From a virus (Duplodnaviria > Heunggongvirae > Uroviricota > Caudoviricetes > Crassvirales), in the IMG/VR virus record IMGVR_UViG_3300028048_000093: DNA of 64,000 bases. One strand, given 5' to 3'. This document shows, piece after piece, positions 63,753-64,000 of the stretch. The translations under genes were made by a program, and so were the position numbers. The notes under the pieces are model-generated. The model was not told the origin of the DNA and did no database searches. It was given only the letters and a program-made list of their open reading frames with translations. The first letter of the stretch is position 1. Each line of letters opens with the position of its first letter.

Positions 63753-63790
63753 AAAATTTGGTAGTTTGGAAAAATTTGCTTACCTTTGCA
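63753..63790 (+). promoter_or_regulatory. Bacteroidota-type promoter
   Basis: TTTG at 63757-63760 and TAccTTTG at 63781-63788, spacing 20 nt. Confidence 0.6.
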
Positions 63791-63852
63791 CTCGAATTTG
63801 CGAAGTAAAAGCAACAAGAGATAATTAACATTAACAATCAATCATTTCAACT

Positions 63853-64000
63853 ATGAGTAAAGGTTTGAAATTGGTTCTACCTTCAGCAGTCTCTGACCCT
63901 GAGGGCAAGCTAAGAAAACTGGAGCACTACTATGGCATTGAGTTCGTAAGAGGTGCATCTAATGGTGGTAGTGATAAGGGCTATTATAGGCTGATTGGTG
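63853..64000 (+). CDS. hypothetical protein, N-terminal part (continues beyond window end)
   Basis: ATG at 63853 and open to the end of the window. Consensus promoter upstream. Confidence 0.4.
   Translation, partial: MSKGLKLVLPSAVSDPEGKLRKLEHYYGIEFVRGASNGGSDKGYYRLIG

Noticed and set aside
1-64000. CRISPR array, integrase/attP, transposase
   Set aside because: No regularly spaced direct repeats, no tyrosine or serine recombinase motifs, and no IS-type terminal inverted repeats were found. The only ssrA-like sequence appears to be a complete tmRNA-like gene rather than a short att core.

Overview
This 64-kb window comes from a large tailed dsDNA phage whose host is almost certainly a member of Bacteroidota. 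Several plus-strand transcription units start with a conserved TTTG-N19-21-TAnnTTTG promoter, and genes have A-rich, Shine-Dalgarno-less leaders, often with A10-15 tracts immediately upstream of ATG. The overall gene content resembles crAss-like and other large Bacteroidales phages, but the family cannot be fixed from sequence alone.

Layout:
- 1-34.8 kb, minus strand: DNA replication, nucleotide metabolism and lysis module. It includes a family A DNA polymerase with 3'-5' exonuclease, a DnaG/Toprim primase, a DnaB-like helicase, an SF2 helicase, a Sak4-like ATPase, ThyX, dUTPase, UDG, anaerobic RNR NrdD plus NrdG, and a second NrdG-like radical-SAM protein. Also present are two small PRTase-fold proteins, a T4-Pnk-like kinase, a HAD phosphatase, a HicA-like gene, PD-(D/E)xK nucleases, an adjacent E1/ThiF-like and JAB/MPN pair, a glucosaminidase endolysin with small membrane proteins, and an SPFH lipoprotein.
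- 34.8-47.7 kb: RNA island with about 25 tRNA genes on both strands. The plus-strand array at 44.7-47.6 kb is compact. The island also holds a tmRNA-like gene, several aberrant tRNA-like genes or fragments sharing a recurring upstream motif, and a 627-aa vWA-domain protein.
- 43.8-64 kb, plus strand: two HExxH proteins and small early-like genes (a GroES-like and an HU-like candidate), followed by the terminase large subunit, a putative portal, and a run of tail or fibre-like proteins that share a ~38-aa repeat. Several hairpin terminators carry an AAGTAA-N-TTACTT core.

Every call below was made by eye from motifs. No database search or structure prediction was possible.
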